DNA of 64,000 bases from Prolixibacteraceae bacterium (GTDB taxonomy: Bacteria > Bacteroidota > Bacteroidia > Bacteroidales > Prolixibacteraceae). The position numbers and the translations under genes were made by a program. The DNA is taken from NCBI GenBank assembly GCA_963666575.2, contig CAXXYG010000013.1, positions 32,099 to 96,098 on the forward strand, written 5' to 3'. The notes below the pieces were generated by a model that did not search any database, was not told where the DNA came from, and was given only the letters and a program-made list of their open reading frames with translations. This document shows positions 21,561 through 31,119 of this stretch, piece by piece; position 1 is the first letter of the stretch; the number at the start of each line of letters is the position of its first letter.

Positions 21561-21655
21561 ATCGTCATTAAATAATAATTATTGTAATTACCTGATCAAA
21601 AAATAATTCCTCCAATTTTGTATCTTAGTCATCACTAACTTCAAAATTAGCTACC

Positions 21656-22516
21656 ATGAAAAACATTAAACTCACAGGAATAAGTATCATTTGCCTATTT
21701 TTATCAACCTTCCTTTTTGCCCAGAATCAGGAATCGGTACCTGTAACTCTTAAAAATATTTCAGGGAACCTGTATGAAATTATGGGTGGAAGAGGTGCCA
21801 ATGGAGGAGCTTTCATTGGCGAAAATGGTGTTTTAGTGATCGATTCAAAAATGGATGAGATTTCAGTAAAACAAACCATTGATGCTATTCAGAAAATAAC
21901 AGACAAACCAATTAAATACCTCGTTAATACCCACAGCGATGGCGACCATATTATGGGCAACAGGTGGTTTCCAAAAACCGTAACTTTTGTGGCTCACGAA
22001 AATTGCCGCAGTGATTTTTTTAAAGAAAACTTTGGAAGGGCCTCTGACTGGGGCGAACCTGAATTTTTCCCTTTTGTACCCTCCCTTACCTTTATAAATA
22101 ACATGGATATATGGATGGGAAATACAAAAGTGGAGCTGCATTATTTTGGGGTTGGCCATACCACCGGCGATTGTGTGGTTTATTTCCCTGATGAAAAAGT
22201 GGCTTTTATTGGCGACCAGTTTTTTAGCGGCCGCCCTCAATTAATCCATTCCAATAAAAATGGCAACTCATTTGAGCATGTTAAAACCCTCACAAAAATG
22301 CTGGAAACTCTCGATGCTGAAAAATTCAGTAGCGGTCATGCTGATATTATTGGAAGGCAGGAAATAAAAGAACACATTCAAACCACCGTAAAACGCCAGC
22401 AAAAGGTTCAGGAATTAATAGCCAAAAATAAAACGCAGGAAGAAGTTATTGCTGAATTCTCTGAAGTTGAAACCAGATTGATAACTTCAATTTTTAATGA
22501 AATTAGTTCAAAGTAA
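21656..22516 (+). CDS. MBL-fold metallo-hydrolase, secreted
   Basis: 286 aa with a signal peptide. The metal motif is THSDGDH (a variant of HxHxDH), with later GVGHTTGD and SGHAD. Confidence 0.75.
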   Translation: MKNIKLTGISIICLFLSTFLFAQNQESVPVTLKNISGNLYEIMGGRGANGGAFIGENGVLVIDSKMDEISVKQTIDAIQKITDKPIKYLVNTHSDGDHIMGNRWFPKTVTFVAHENCRSDFFKENFGRASDWGEPEFFPFVPSLTFINNMDIWMGNTKVELHYFGVGHTTGDCVVYFPDEKVAFIGDQFFSGRPQLIHSNKNGNSFEHVKTLTKMLETLDAEKFSSGHADIIGRQEIKEHIQTTVKRQQKVQELIAKNKTQEEVIAEFSEVETRLITSIFNEISSK

Positions 22517-22531
22517 CGTTCATTATAACGT

Positions 22532-22984
22532 ATGAATATACATATTAAGCGTGTTACTCCTAACGATCCTGAATTTGTGTCACTGATTGATTTGCTCAAC
22601 CTTGAACTGTGGGAACGAAATCCAGGTCGTCAGCAAGAGTATGTCGCTCATAACATTTTAGCACCCGACAACCGGGCACTGGTATTAACGGCTAATAACG
22701 TACCTGTTGCCAGTGGGGCTTTCCGGAATCTTGGGGGAAATACAGCTGAAATAAAACGGATGTTTGTTAAAAAGGAATACCGGGGAAAAGGCATCAGTAA
22801 ATTAGTTTTATTGGAGCTGGAAACCTGGGCAAAAGAGGAAGGCATCACCTCCACCCTGCTCGAAACAGGGCTTAATCACCCCGAGGCAATTGGACTCTAT
22901 AAAAAATCGGGTTACCAGAGAATTAAAAATTATGGCCCCTACTCAGATATGCCCGAAAGTATCTGTATGGGAAAGGAGTTTTAA
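22532..22984 (+). CDS. GNAT family N-acetyltransferase
   Basis: 150 aa with acetyl-CoA binding motif VKKEYRGKGISKLVL and a C-terminal LYKKSGY. Confidence 0.85.
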   Translation: MNIHIKRVTPNDPEFVSLIDLLNLELWERNPGRQQEYVAHNILAPDNRALVLTANNVPVASGAFRNLGGNTAEIKRMFVKKEYRGKGISKLVLLELETWAKEEGITSTLLETGLNHPEAIGLYKKSGYQRIKNYGPYSDMPESICMGKEF

Positions 22985-23106
22985 TTGGTGATTTGTGATT
23001 TTAATGTGCTTACGCCCCTTCAGTACTAATGGTTGAGGTTGTCCTTGCACATAGGGCAATGCCCGATGTGGTTGCTTGTGCCCTTTCAGGGCAAATAACA
23101 AAGAAC

Positions 23107-23970
23107 CTATTGAAAATACAATGAATACACATCAGGTAAAGTTTCCAATTGCCGAATTTTTATATCCTTATAAAACACTTCGGCAGCTTCGCTTTGTAAT
23201 TGAATTTTACCTTTTACCAAAGGCACTTTTTTGCCTTCAGAAACATACCTTGAATTTTGTAAAATCATAACAACACGGCCATTGACAATGTGCAAACTTT
23301 TACCTTCAAAACATATTAATTCCAGTGTATTCCATTCACCGGGTTTATTTTCATAATTAGCGCTACGCAGACAAAATCCCTGAATGGTTTCCCCTGTTCC
23401 TAAAGGGATAAAAGATTGGCTTTTGTGTGCCACAGGATTCATAATATATTCGGGAATAAATGCTTTTATATCGATGGCAGAATTTGCCTGGCTCCAAAAA
23501 TCTCCCATATGGCCTTCCATAATCTGGAATTCCTGCGACAACATCCACGACCGCCAGTGTTCAGCACCCAAAGGGCCTATTGAATGATACAAAATACCCG
23601 AATCTTTTAATAAGTTTTTACGGGGTTCCCATTTTTTATCGCCCCATTTTACCTGTAAACTAAAGTGGTAATTGGCATATTCTTCTTTTGTAAATACACA
23701 CCCATATACTTCGCCACTCACTTTTAATACAGGCTCATTTTCCTCTTCAATAACGGTAAAAACATTTAATTTATCGTTGTTTAGCCCCATTGGCGGGATG
23801 TCATTCCCATCACTGTCCTTTGGCACTCGGCCATCATACCCAATTTTATGTTGGTAACTGAGGTATTTATCCCATTGAGTTAGGTCCTTATCTAATAAGT
23901 TTGTCCATTGGGGTTCATCTTTACATGAAAACACCGCTATTAAGGCTATAAGCAGAAGTAAGTTTCGCAT
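23107..23970 (-). CDS. DUF1080 (3-keto-disaccharide hydrolase-like) secreted protein
   Basis: 287 aa with an N-terminal lipoprotein-like signal (LIALIAVFSC). The C-terminal GKIQLQSEAAEVFYKDIKIRQL is typical of DUF1080 jelly-roll proteins. Confidence 0.65.
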   Translation of the reverse strand: MRNLLLLIALIAVFSCKDEPQWTNLLDKDLTQWDKYLSYQHKIGYDGRVPKDSDGNDIPPMGLNNDKLNVFTVIEEENEPVLKVSGEVYGCVFTKEEYANYHFSLQVKWGDKKWEPRKNLLKDSGILYHSIGPLGAEHWRSWMLSQEFQIMEGHMGDFWSQANSAIDIKAFIPEYIMNPVAHKSQSFIPLGTGETIQGFCLRSANYENKPGEWNTLELICFEGKSLHIVNGRVVMILQNSRYVSEGKKVPLVKGKIQLQSEAAEVFYKDIKIRQLETLPDVYSLYFQ

Positions 23971-24121
23971 AGGTTTAGATTTTGATACTAAAGTAATGAA
24001 TCTTTCCCGAAGTTTATGCTTATACCCCTACAGGGTTGGTGTTCCGTTTAAAATCAGCAACCTTGGTTAGGCTAAAAGCCTAATCGCATTAACATCGTGC
24101 CACGTCCGGTGTTGAATTAAT

Positions 24122-24775
24122 TTAAAAAAACACCTCCGACCTTATATTTTTTACGGGGACTCCGGCATCTTCCAATAAATCGGATACATCATTAATCATT
24201 TTTGCATTACCACACAAATAATATATTTTATCCATTGCGATAGGTTGTTGAAATAAAAAATCGGTTACACGCCCTTTGAATTGCCCGGAAGTTTCACGTG
24301 ATGTACAAAGGGTGTACTTTTGTGGAGGGAAATAAGTACTATTTCCTGCATCTTTTTTATTACGTACACCATGAAGAAGTTGGTAATTAAGAGTTGAAAT
24401 TGATTTTACAAAACTCTGGAAAGGAGAAATGCCGGTGCCAGTAGCAATAAAAACAAATTCCTTCTTAAGAATTTCATCTTCCCTCAAAACAAAAAATCCA
24501 AATGGCCCTTCCACTTCAATAAAATCTCCTTTATTAATACTTTTAAGCTTCGAAGAAAAGTTACCACCTTCCACTTCTTTTACCAGTACTTCCAAATAGG
24601 GACTATTTTCTGCACTGGCAATGGAATATTCACGGCTCTCAGCCGATTCAGGAAAAGAAAGTACAAGGTACTGCCCCGACTTAAATTTAAATCCCTTTCG
24701 TTCGAACCGGATGTAAAATAGTGATTCAGTATAAAAATGTACTTCCAGAACTGAAGTTTGAAATTTTGCCATCAT
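24122..24775 (-). CDS. ferredoxin-NADP reductase-like FAD/NAD(P)-binding oxidoreductase
   Basis: 217 aa with FAD motif REYSIAS and NAD(P) motif FIATGTGISPF. Confidence 0.65.
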   Translation of the reverse strand: MMAKFQTSVLEVHFYTESLFYIRFERKGFKFKSGQYLVLSFPESAESREYSIASAENSPYLEVLVKEVEGGNFSSKLKSINKGDFIEVEGPFGFFVLREDEILKKEFVFIATGTGISPFQSFVKSISTLNYQLLHGVRNKKDAGNSTYFPPQKYTLCTSRETSGQFKGRVTDFLFQQPIAMDKIYYLCGNAKMINDVSDLLEDAGVPVKNIRSEVFF

Positions 24776-24813
24776 TCAAATATCATCAATCAAAAATTGC
24801 AAATCACAAATCA

Positions 24814-25704
24814 TCATGCATTTACATGCTTTTCGGCATGGTACGACGAACGCACCAGGGCATGGCTTTCAACAAACGAAAAACCAAGTTTAAAACCTTC
24901 AATTTTATAAAACTCAAATTCTTCAGGACGAATATATTCTTCGACTTTTAGTAGGTGAGGATTTGGCTGAAGGTATTGCCCAATTGTCACCACTTTTACA
25001 TTCACATTCCTTAAATCGGTAAGTGTTTGTAAAACTTCCTCCTTTTTTTCTCCCAATCCAAGCATAATGCCTGATTTGGCAACGGTCCCCGAACCGGCTA
25101 TGTATTCAAGCACTTTTAAACTCCTTCGGTACCTGGCATGGCTGCGAACCAGCGGAGTTAACCTTTCAACGGTTTCAACATTGTGCGATATAACTTCGGG
25201 GCCTGCATCAATCACTTTTTGTATCGATTCAGTTTCACCATTAAAATCAGGAATTAATGATTCAGTGGTGGTGTTTGGATTTAGTAGTTTAATCTGCCTG
25301 ATAGTTTCAGCCCAAAAAGATGAACCGCCATCATCAAGGTCATCCCGGTCGACCGATGTGATGACACAATGTTTTAAGTTCAATAACTGGATTGTTTTAG
25401 CGAGTTTTAGAGGTTCTTCCCAATTGACCGGATCAGGAATTAAATTGGGTACTGAACAAAACCTGCAATTACGTGTACACTTGTTCCCCAATATCATAAA
25501 ACTAGCTGTTCCTGCATTCCAGCATTCTCCCCTATTCGGGCAATTACCACTGGTACAAATTGTATGAAGTCCGTTATCTTTTATAAGATTTTTAACTGTT
25601 ATAAAATTTTTACCCTTTGGCATCTGTGCTTTCATCCATCGGGGCAACCGCTTTGTTGGTTTTAACTGGTTTATATCAATTTTAAAATCTAATTTTTCCT
25701 CCAT
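24814..25704 (-). CDS. lipA: lipoyl synthase
   Basis: Cys clusters CPNRGECW and CTRNCRFCSV (radical SAM) are present. The start is moved to the MEEK ATG at 25704, which avoids overlap with the upstream gene. Confidence 0.9.
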   Translation of the reverse strand: MEEKLDFKIDINQLKPTKRLPRWMKAQMPKGKNFITVKNLIKDNGLHTICTSGNCPNRGECWNAGTASFMILGNKCTRNCRFCSVPNLIPDPVNWEEPLKLAKTIQLLNLKHCVITSVDRDDLDDGGSSFWAETIRQIKLLNPNTTTESLIPDFNGETESIQKVIDAGPEVISHNVETVERLTPLVRSHARYRRSLKVLEYIAGSGTVAKSGIMLGLGEKKEEVLQTLTDLRNVNVKVVTIGQYLQPNPHLLKVEEYIRPEEFEFYKIEGFKLGFSFVESHALVRSSYHAEKHVNA

Positions 25705-25714
25705 GACTATTTCT

Positions 25715-26626
25715 TTAATCCACCAATCGCACCGGAATGATGTTAATATTATTTTGGGCAAAAAGCTCTTTTGTAAGGACTATATTTTTTGTAAAACCCA
25801 ACAAAAAACCACCTCCACCTGACCCAAGGATTTTTAAATACCAGTTTTTATTTTTAAGTCCGTCTTCAATAATCACATCCCAGTTTTTTGGTATCATCCC
25901 TGTCAAATTCTGTAACTGAAACCGTATCAATATCTCAAGCTCTTCAAAAAAAACTTCCCAGTTATTTAAAAAACTACTTACACTTTTATTATTACTTGGT
26001 ATATATACATTTTCAAATAACCTCCTAAAAAATGTGTTTTTGTACTGTTGTTGAAAATAATTCATAACATCACTTGTCGAAGAATGTATTTGTGTATTAA
26101 TCAGGAAAATGCCTACACTTTCATCGTAACTTAAATCACTTAATCCAACTATTTTGGGTGGCTTGTTATCAGCAATTAAAACAGATTTATTCAGAAAAGA
26201 GACCAAAGGATCAATACCTGAACTATTACCATGGTAAAATGACTCCAATTGAGCCAGATAAGTTTTTAATTCACCCAATCTATTGGTTGTAAATTCGGGC
26301 AATAAATTGTATTCTTCAAAAACGGAGGCGACCAAAGCCCCTGAACTTCCTAAACCATAATTTTGGGGTATAGTTGATTCAAAATAGAGTCCATTTAGCA
26401 AATCTTCTTCAAACCTTAAAATATCTAAAAACGATATATTTTTTCCTTTCAGAAACTGTAAAAAAGCTCCTAGTTTTTTCTGATTGGCCAAAACAATACT
26501 ATTTGGATTTTTATCGAACTTTAGCCTGCCCAAAAATTCTGAAAAAGGAATTGCCAATGCTGAAGAACCATACAGCACAGAATATTCACCAAATAACATT
26601 AGTTTTGAACTAAAGGTTTTTACCAT
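25715..26626 (-). CDS. GHMP kinase, probable mevalonate kinase
   Basis: 303 aa with N-terminal KLMLFGEYSVLYG and GHMP ATP motif GLGSSGALVAS. It sits in the mevalonate cluster. Confidence 0.7.
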   Translation of the reverse strand: MVKTFSSKLMLFGEYSVLYGSSALAIPFSEFLGRLKFDKNPNSIVLANQKKLGAFLQFLKGKNISFLDILRFEEDLLNGLYFESTIPQNYGLGSSGALVASVFEEYNLLPEFTTNRLGELKTYLAQLESFYHGNSSGIDPLVSFLNKSVLIADNKPPKIVGLSDLSYDESVGIFLINTQIHSSTSDVMNYFQQQYKNTFFRRLFENVYIPSNNKSVSSFLNNWEVFFEELEILIRFQLQNLTGMIPKNWDVIIEDGLKNKNWYLKILGSGGGGFLLGFTKNIVLTKELFAQNNINIIPVRLVD

Positions 26627-27695
26627 AATACCCTATCTCCTCCGGACCTCCACCCTGTTTATCATGAATAATTTTTCCTTCACTACAAAATAAAACCAAT
26701 TCATTATTTATAAAAAACCGCACCTTGTCACGTCACTTTTTCGGGATACAGTACATGTACATTAGGCCCGGCATCAATAGTAAAAACAACTGGAATATTT
26801 GATTGTTTCCTAAAATCACGAATTTTTTCGATTACCTTGAAATGTATTTGGTTTTAACAACACATACCAGGGATCGGAAGTAAGCATCAACGCATGTATT
26901 GCCAAAGCTTCTGCTTCAACAATAGCAGCAAATTTTTCAAAATCACCTGTTTTTAATTGCCCCAATTAATGATTTATAATTATGATTTGCCTGCTGAATC
27001 CTGGTTTTTTTATAAACGTGGTTATCCATTAATTGATGTCCCTTGTGAACTTCCAACTTTTTTGGGGCTTCTCATCGATTATTAAAATGGAATCCAACAA
27101 ATTCTGAAATATAGGAGCAACTATCAGTATCAAGCTGACTGAGCAACTAAATCGGATGAATGCCCTGGTAATACATTTGATAAACCCCATGCACACATAA
27201 CCTCCATACACCGACCGGCAGGCACTTCCGGAACCCAATCGGGCCAATTCCGAAGCTTTTGTAAAAAACTCATCGTCCATTTCGCCATCTATTAATACGG
27301 TACTCAATCGATGTTAAACACAATGCCAGCGAACTCATTGCCGAAGCCGATGAAGCAATACCCGCCGAATGTGGAAAACTATTGCTGCTTGTTATTGAAA
27401 AAAAATATTCTGTTAAAAAAGGCAACTGGGGAATTAAAGATTTTAAATAGTTGAAAATCCTGTTTTGAAAACCACCATTTTCTTTTCCTTCAAACCGGAA
27501 CTCGAACGTAATAAGGCAGTCGGATTGACTTTTTTTTGAATATTCAATTTTTGTTTCCGAATACGAATTTGCCAAAGTCATACTCAATGACGGATTCAAA
27601 GGAATTTGATTGGGAAGTTTTCCCCAATACTTTACCAATGCTATATTTGAAGGACTTCGCCATTGAACCTTCTTAGTTTCAGATTTGTTTGCCAT
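26620..27695 (-). pseudogene. diphosphomevalonate decarboxylase, multiply frameshifted (3' end approximate)
   Basis: The N-terminal 141 aa are intact (SPSNIALVKYWGK, SAGIASSASA). Downstream pieces (RLGSGSACRSVYGG, AIVEAEALA.HALM, IPVVFTIDAGPNVHVLYPE) lie in shifting frames between 26630 and 27310. Confidence 0.75.
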
Positions 27696-27701
27696 TCAAC
27701 T

Positions 27702-28634
27702 TTAATCAACAATTTCGTCAATTACAAGTTCATGCCATTTAAACAAAGTTGTTAATCCTTTTGATTCAAAATACAATCTTATTTCACTTTCAGGTTTTTC
27801 TGAAGCTACTAAAACAAAATCGCCGCCCCATGCACCCAATGGTTTAATTATACCATCAAAATCGGTAAAATATTGATTTTGAACCGATGTAACATTTAAT
27901 ACTTTCTCCATCAACAAATTATGCTCACTTAACATTTTTCTGAAAAGCACAAAGTCAGACTCAAAACTTATTTTTTCGGTTATTTCTGAAATGGAATCAA
28001 TTTCAATTTGTGAAGGACGATTATGTTTTAGATACCACCCTATACTTTGTTCTGTACTTTTTTTATTCCCCAGCCATACCAGATAAAGGTTTTCAGAGAA
28101 AGGCGGATTAAAATTGACAGGTTGAATTAACCGTCCCTCCGCTTGATTTTGGTAAACGATTGGAGTTTTTGCCCTGGCGCATGCAATATCATAACCCGAT
28201 CCGTTAGATACTATATTATTTAATTCAAAAGGGTCAATATTTGCCCAATACGCCAGGTTCGAAATAAGTGTGCTGCTACTTCCGAATCCCCAATCGGGCG
28301 AAAATTCTAAAAAATTATTAACTGCACACAAATTTTTTTCTGAGAGAAACTCTGGATTTAACTTTCTGGCCGCAAGAAGTAGATTACGTATATAATCCAC
28401 ATTTCCAAAATCCATATTATTGGTAATCCTGATAGAATCAATTAAAATAGTACTGTTAAACCAGCATTTATTATTAAAAAAACTCTTCCACCTTATAAAA
28501 TTATTTGTTTCACCTCTTTCGACAGTCATTTTTTGCCCCAGTTTTAAAGGAACAGCTAATGCTTTTGCCCCATTTAAAACAAGGTATTCGGCAGTAATCA
28601 ATAATTTACCTTTTGAATAAAAACTTTGGGCCAT
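27702..28634 (-). CDS. GYDIA-family GHMP kinase (candidate phosphomevalonate kinase)
   Basis: 310 aa with the GSGYDIA motif, GFGSSS, and N-terminal GKLLITAEYLVLNGA. It lies between HMGR and MVD. Confidence 0.7.
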   Translation of the reverse strand: MAQSFYSKGKLLITAEYLVLNGAKALAVPLKLGQKMTVERGETNNFIRWKSFFNNKCWFNSTILIDSIRITNNMDFGNVDYIRNLLLAARKLNPEFLSEKNLCAVNNFLEFSPDWGFGSSSTLISNLAYWANIDPFELNNIVSNGSGYDIACARAKTPIVYQNQAEGRLIQPVNFNPPFSENLYLVWLGNKKSTEQSIGWYLKHNRPSQIEIDSISEITEKISFESDFVLFRKMLSEHNLLMEKVLNVTSVQNQYFTDFDGIIKPLGAWGGDFVLVASEKPESEIRLYFESKGLTTLFKWHELVIDEIVD

Positions 28635-29932
28635 TAGTTATTTTTAATAAAGTTTTCAACTTCGGAATAAACAACCGTTTTGCCTATGAAATAATCCTCG
28701 GCCAGTTGTTTTTGTGCTGGTGTAGCTTCTAATTGTGTAAGTATATTTTTTAGGTGTAATTTCATATGGCCTTGTTGAATACCTTTACCAATTAATGCAG
28801 CGATTGCTGAAAAATTACTTGCCAGTCCGGCAACAGCAAACAATCCCATTAATTCTTTAGCCGAAGGATTCTGCAACAATTTAAGCGACAATTTAGCCAG
28901 AGGGTGAATACTGGTTGTACCTCCAACAATTCCAATATTCATGGGCATTTTTATGGAAAAGCGAAACCTTTCATCTTCAATATTTATTTCTGATAACCCC
29001 GAATAGGCCCCATTGCGGCAAGCATAAGCATGGCCAGCTGCTTCAATGGCGCGCCAATCGTTTCCGGTAGCTATCGCCAACGAATCGATGCCATTAAAAA
29101 TCCCTTTATTATGCGTAACAGCCCGCGATACATCAACATTCGAAATTTGAATTGCTTTTTGAAAACGATTAGCAAATTCACTACCAGACATGCCTTCAAC
29201 AAATCCATTTAATTCATCAAAAGCACATTCAACTGAGGCTTCCACCAAACAATCGGGTGTATAATTTGATAAAATTGCCATTATTATTTCGGGTTCTTTT
29301 TCAGAAGGAAACTGATTTTTCAGGAAATCCAGAAACACCTGCCCCAGTTTTTCAAGAACTGAATTAATAAAATTTGCTCCCATGGCATCCTGCGTGTCAA
29401 AATCAACATCTAACTGGTAATAATTTGGGATATCAGCGGTTTTATCCAGCAACCGAAAAGCAAGGATTCCACCACCTCGCTGACGCATATTTTGTGTAAT
29501 ATTGATCAGTTTCTGATTTTGCTATTTTTAAAAACTCCGGAAAAACCTTTCCCAACACATCAATTTCCCCTTGCCAAAAAAAATGAACCTGCCCTTTTTT
29601 AATGGTTCCAATACTGTGGTTTTAAATCCCCCTCGTGCATACCAAAATTTTGCAGCACTTGCCAAAGCTGCCACTACTGAACTTTCTTCGGTAACCAAAG
29701 GCAGCACGTAATTGGTGTTATTTATTTTGAAGTTAGGAGCCAAACCAAAAGGCAAACCAAAATGAGCGGCAGTATTTTCACTCATACTATTTAGAATTTC
29801 AGAATCGGCTTTGTTGCCCCAATTATAGGATTGGATTTGGGCAGTACTTTCGCCGGTTAATTCAGCCACTAAAGCAACTTTTTGCTTTTTATCCCATTTC
29901 GAAAAACCATTAATAAACTGAATTTCCTTCAT
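28634..29932 (-). pseudogene. HMG-CoA reductase, two frameshifts around 29500-29620
   Basis: The two ORFs (29528-29932 and 28634-29488) together cover an HMGR catalytic domain (EESSVVAALASAAK, DAMGANFINS, AVTHNKGIFNGID). Joining them requires a third frame for about 100 nt (IGTIKKGQVHFFWQGEIDVLGKVFPEF). Confidence 0.75.
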
Positions 29933-29937
29933 CCCAA

Positions 29938-30930
29938 TTATTTTACTTTTAATAAAGCCTGAGCCAACCTGTAACCTTTTAGCTGGTTCTCGACAAATAA
30001 TTGAAGTTGGCTATAACTGTTTTGAGCGTGTTTTAAAAAAGCAGCTCCCTGCCCATAAACAGCGGGCAAAGGGCTTTGAGAAACCAAATAATAACCGTCT
30101 AAAAAATTAGCAATACCACCTGATATTATTAATTGTTGACACTTGGTATTTTTTTCATCCTGAACAATTTCTTTGATATAATTAACCATTTCGAAAGCCG
30201 AATGCCCAACATAAACAAGTGGTTCAAATGGATTCGCTTCAGGACTATCAGACCTTAATACTTCCAGCTTTGAAAAATTCGTGCCTCCAAATGCTCCAAA
30301 CTCGATGGCTGCCAAAGGTAATTTTAACAATTGCCGGAGGCTTTTGGGGCCCATTCCCTGCCCTACCTCTTTGACTATAAGTGGAAAATCTATTTTCTCA
30401 AGTAATCGTTTAATGGTATCAATGGGTGGATTTTTTACATAGTCACCTTCGGGCTGAAACCACTCCTGCATAAGATTTACATGAAGAATTAATCCATCGG
30501 TTTGAAGCTCATTAACTAACCGAATTATATTATCTGTTTTTTTAGTATGAAGCAATTCTTCAACTTGTGCAATTCCTAAATTAGCATAAAACGGAAGGTT
30601 GTCACCAATTATATTTCGTAAATCAAAATCGGGCCAAAATATTTTGTCGGTTAATAATTTCCGGCATGAACCAAGCCCCATACCAAATCCAAACTCACGG
30701 CAAACCTGCGCTAACCTGGAATTTATTTCCCCGGCATTTTTTGTTCCTCCTGTCATGCTCGAAACCCAAAAAGGAGTCCGCACCTTTTTTCCCAGAAAAA
30801 TAAATTCCTCGTCGCCTGATTGTGGATGGCCCGATAATAATGGTTCATAATAAAACCTTTTATCGTTTTTGAGTTCAGTTAATTGTGCCTGAAAAGCGAG
30901 GTTTATGTGGTCAGATTTACGGTCATTCAT
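29938..30930 (-). CDS. fni: type 2 isopentenyl-diphosphate delta-isomerase (FMN-dependent)
   Basis: 330 aa with motifs SSMTGG, VKEVGQG and GAFGGTNF. Confidence 0.88.
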   Translation of the reverse strand: MNDRKSDHINLAFQAQLTELKNDKRFYYEPLLSGHPQSGDEEFIFLGKKVRTPFWVSSMTGGTKNAGEINSRLAQVCREFGFGMGLGSCRKLLTDKIFWPDFDLRNIIGDNLPFYANLGIAQVEELLHTKKTDNIIRLVNELQTDGLILHVNLMQEWFQPEGDYVKNPPIDTIKRLLEKIDFPLIVKEVGQGMGPKSLRQLLKLPLAAIEFGAFGGTNFSKLEVLRSDSPEANPFEPLVYVGHSAFEMVNYIKEIVQDEKNTKCQQLIISGGIANFLDGYYLVSQSPLPAVYGQGAAFLKHAQNSYSQLQLFVENQLKGYRLAQALLKVK

Positions 30931-30963
30931 TATAATAATTTATTTATCAATGTATATAACACA

Positions 30964-31093
30964 GTTCGACAAGCTCACTGTGACACAAAATAAAAATCTC
31001 AGCCATATTGAACAGTCGTACTATTTTTACTTAGTTATTATAACGCTTCGATAAACTGCGGATGACACTCCAGTCATGGTGAGCTTAACGAAC
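30964..31093. repeat. intergenic inverted-repeat element (21-nt arms, 17/21 match, ~88-nt spacer)
   Basis: The left arm gttcgacaagctcactgtgac (30964-30984) matches the reverse complement of the right arm gtcatggtgagcttaacgaac (31073-31093). Confidence 0.6.
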
Positions 31094-31119
31094 CATTTTT
31101 GATAATATAGTCTTTAAAT

